Origin: Eledone cirrhosa
Taxonomy: Eukaryota
Length of the DNA: 64,000 bases
Assembly: GCA_964016885.1 (NCBI GenBank)
Contig: OZ024746.1
Location: 21,266,001-21,330,000, forward strand
Direction: 5' to 3'
Shown here: positions 63,475 through 64,000 of the stretch, piece after piece
Numbering within the stretch: position 1 is the first letter of the stretch
Layout: every line of letters begins with the position of its first letter
Notes under the pieces: generated by a model
The model's input: the letters and a program-made list of their open reading frames with translations, nothing else
What the model was told of the DNA's origin: nothing
The model's database searches: none
Program-made: the position numbers and the translations under genes

Positions 63475-64000
63475 ACACACTTATGCTTTTCTTATAAACA
63501 ACAATATTTTTCCTGATGAACAAAAAGGATGTAAATAAATTGATCCCTGAGGATTGTTACAACAGGCTCTATAATCTCTCAATGCCATGGATATATTATT
63601 AAAAAATAACCTTTGATAGCATTTCTTGATTGAAGATTGTCTTGATTAATTCAAAACCCCACCTGTAATCAGGAATTTTTATCACATGTGAAGAAGCTTT
63701 GGATGATAACAAATTCTTAACACAGACTTCACCACCATCATCAATTCTGGAAGAGATGTCAATATCAAACAAGGGATCTTTCAAGGAGATGCACTATTCC
63801 CTTGGCACTGATTCCTCTCAGCAAATTACTGAATAAAATTGACTATAGATATAAGACTTATGAAACTTTTTGCAAAAACAAAAAGACAATCTGTAACTAC
63901 AAGAACTCCTTAAGATTGTAAAACACTTCAGTGATGACATCAGAATAGAATTCAGCTTTTTAACAAATGAAACTTTTCAAGAAACCCAAATCTTAAATGA
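63475..64000 (+). mobile_element. Degraded R4/Dong-like RT fragment
   Basis: TYAFLINNNIFPDEQKGCK, TFDSIS, GIFQGDALFP, ALIPLSKLLNK in broken frames. Confidence 0.65.

Overview
AT-rich eukaryotic genomic DNA, dense in microsatellites and retroposons. The SINE/LINE complement (tRNA-headed CORE-type SINEs with RTE tails, Meta-domain-like SINEs, RTE LINEs with (GAT)n tails) points to an octopus or related coleoid cephalopod; this assignment is an inference. Only one convincing host exon is visible: 2608-2725 (+), encoding an N-terminal signal peptide. The rest looks intronic or intergenic. The main feature is an apparently intact, very young RTE-clade LINE (24954-30045, -). It has a 1039-aa ORF (APE endonuclease + reverse transcriptase, with a C4HC3 PHD-type finger inserted in the RT). 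Its ~1.7 kb 5' region is a three-level nested repeat (25 bp x2 in 98 bp x5 in 752 bp x2). Near-identical truncated copies lie at 24.2, 49.4-51.8 and 52.9-54.0 kb. The last two sit head-to-head inside an AATGTATGCA(TA)n array that flips orientation next to an insertion junction. RTE copies preferentially flank (TA)n tracts. A second SINE family has target-site duplications starting ATTAT(T/A), and R4/Dong-like LINE relics co-occur. The window also contains Penelope-type hairpins with hammerhead-like cores, MITEs, several foldback structures, and a paralogous segment at the window start that appears to have lost ~13.9 kb. Most ORFs in the supplied track are microsatellite artefacts. All coordinates were read by eye and may be off by a few bases.
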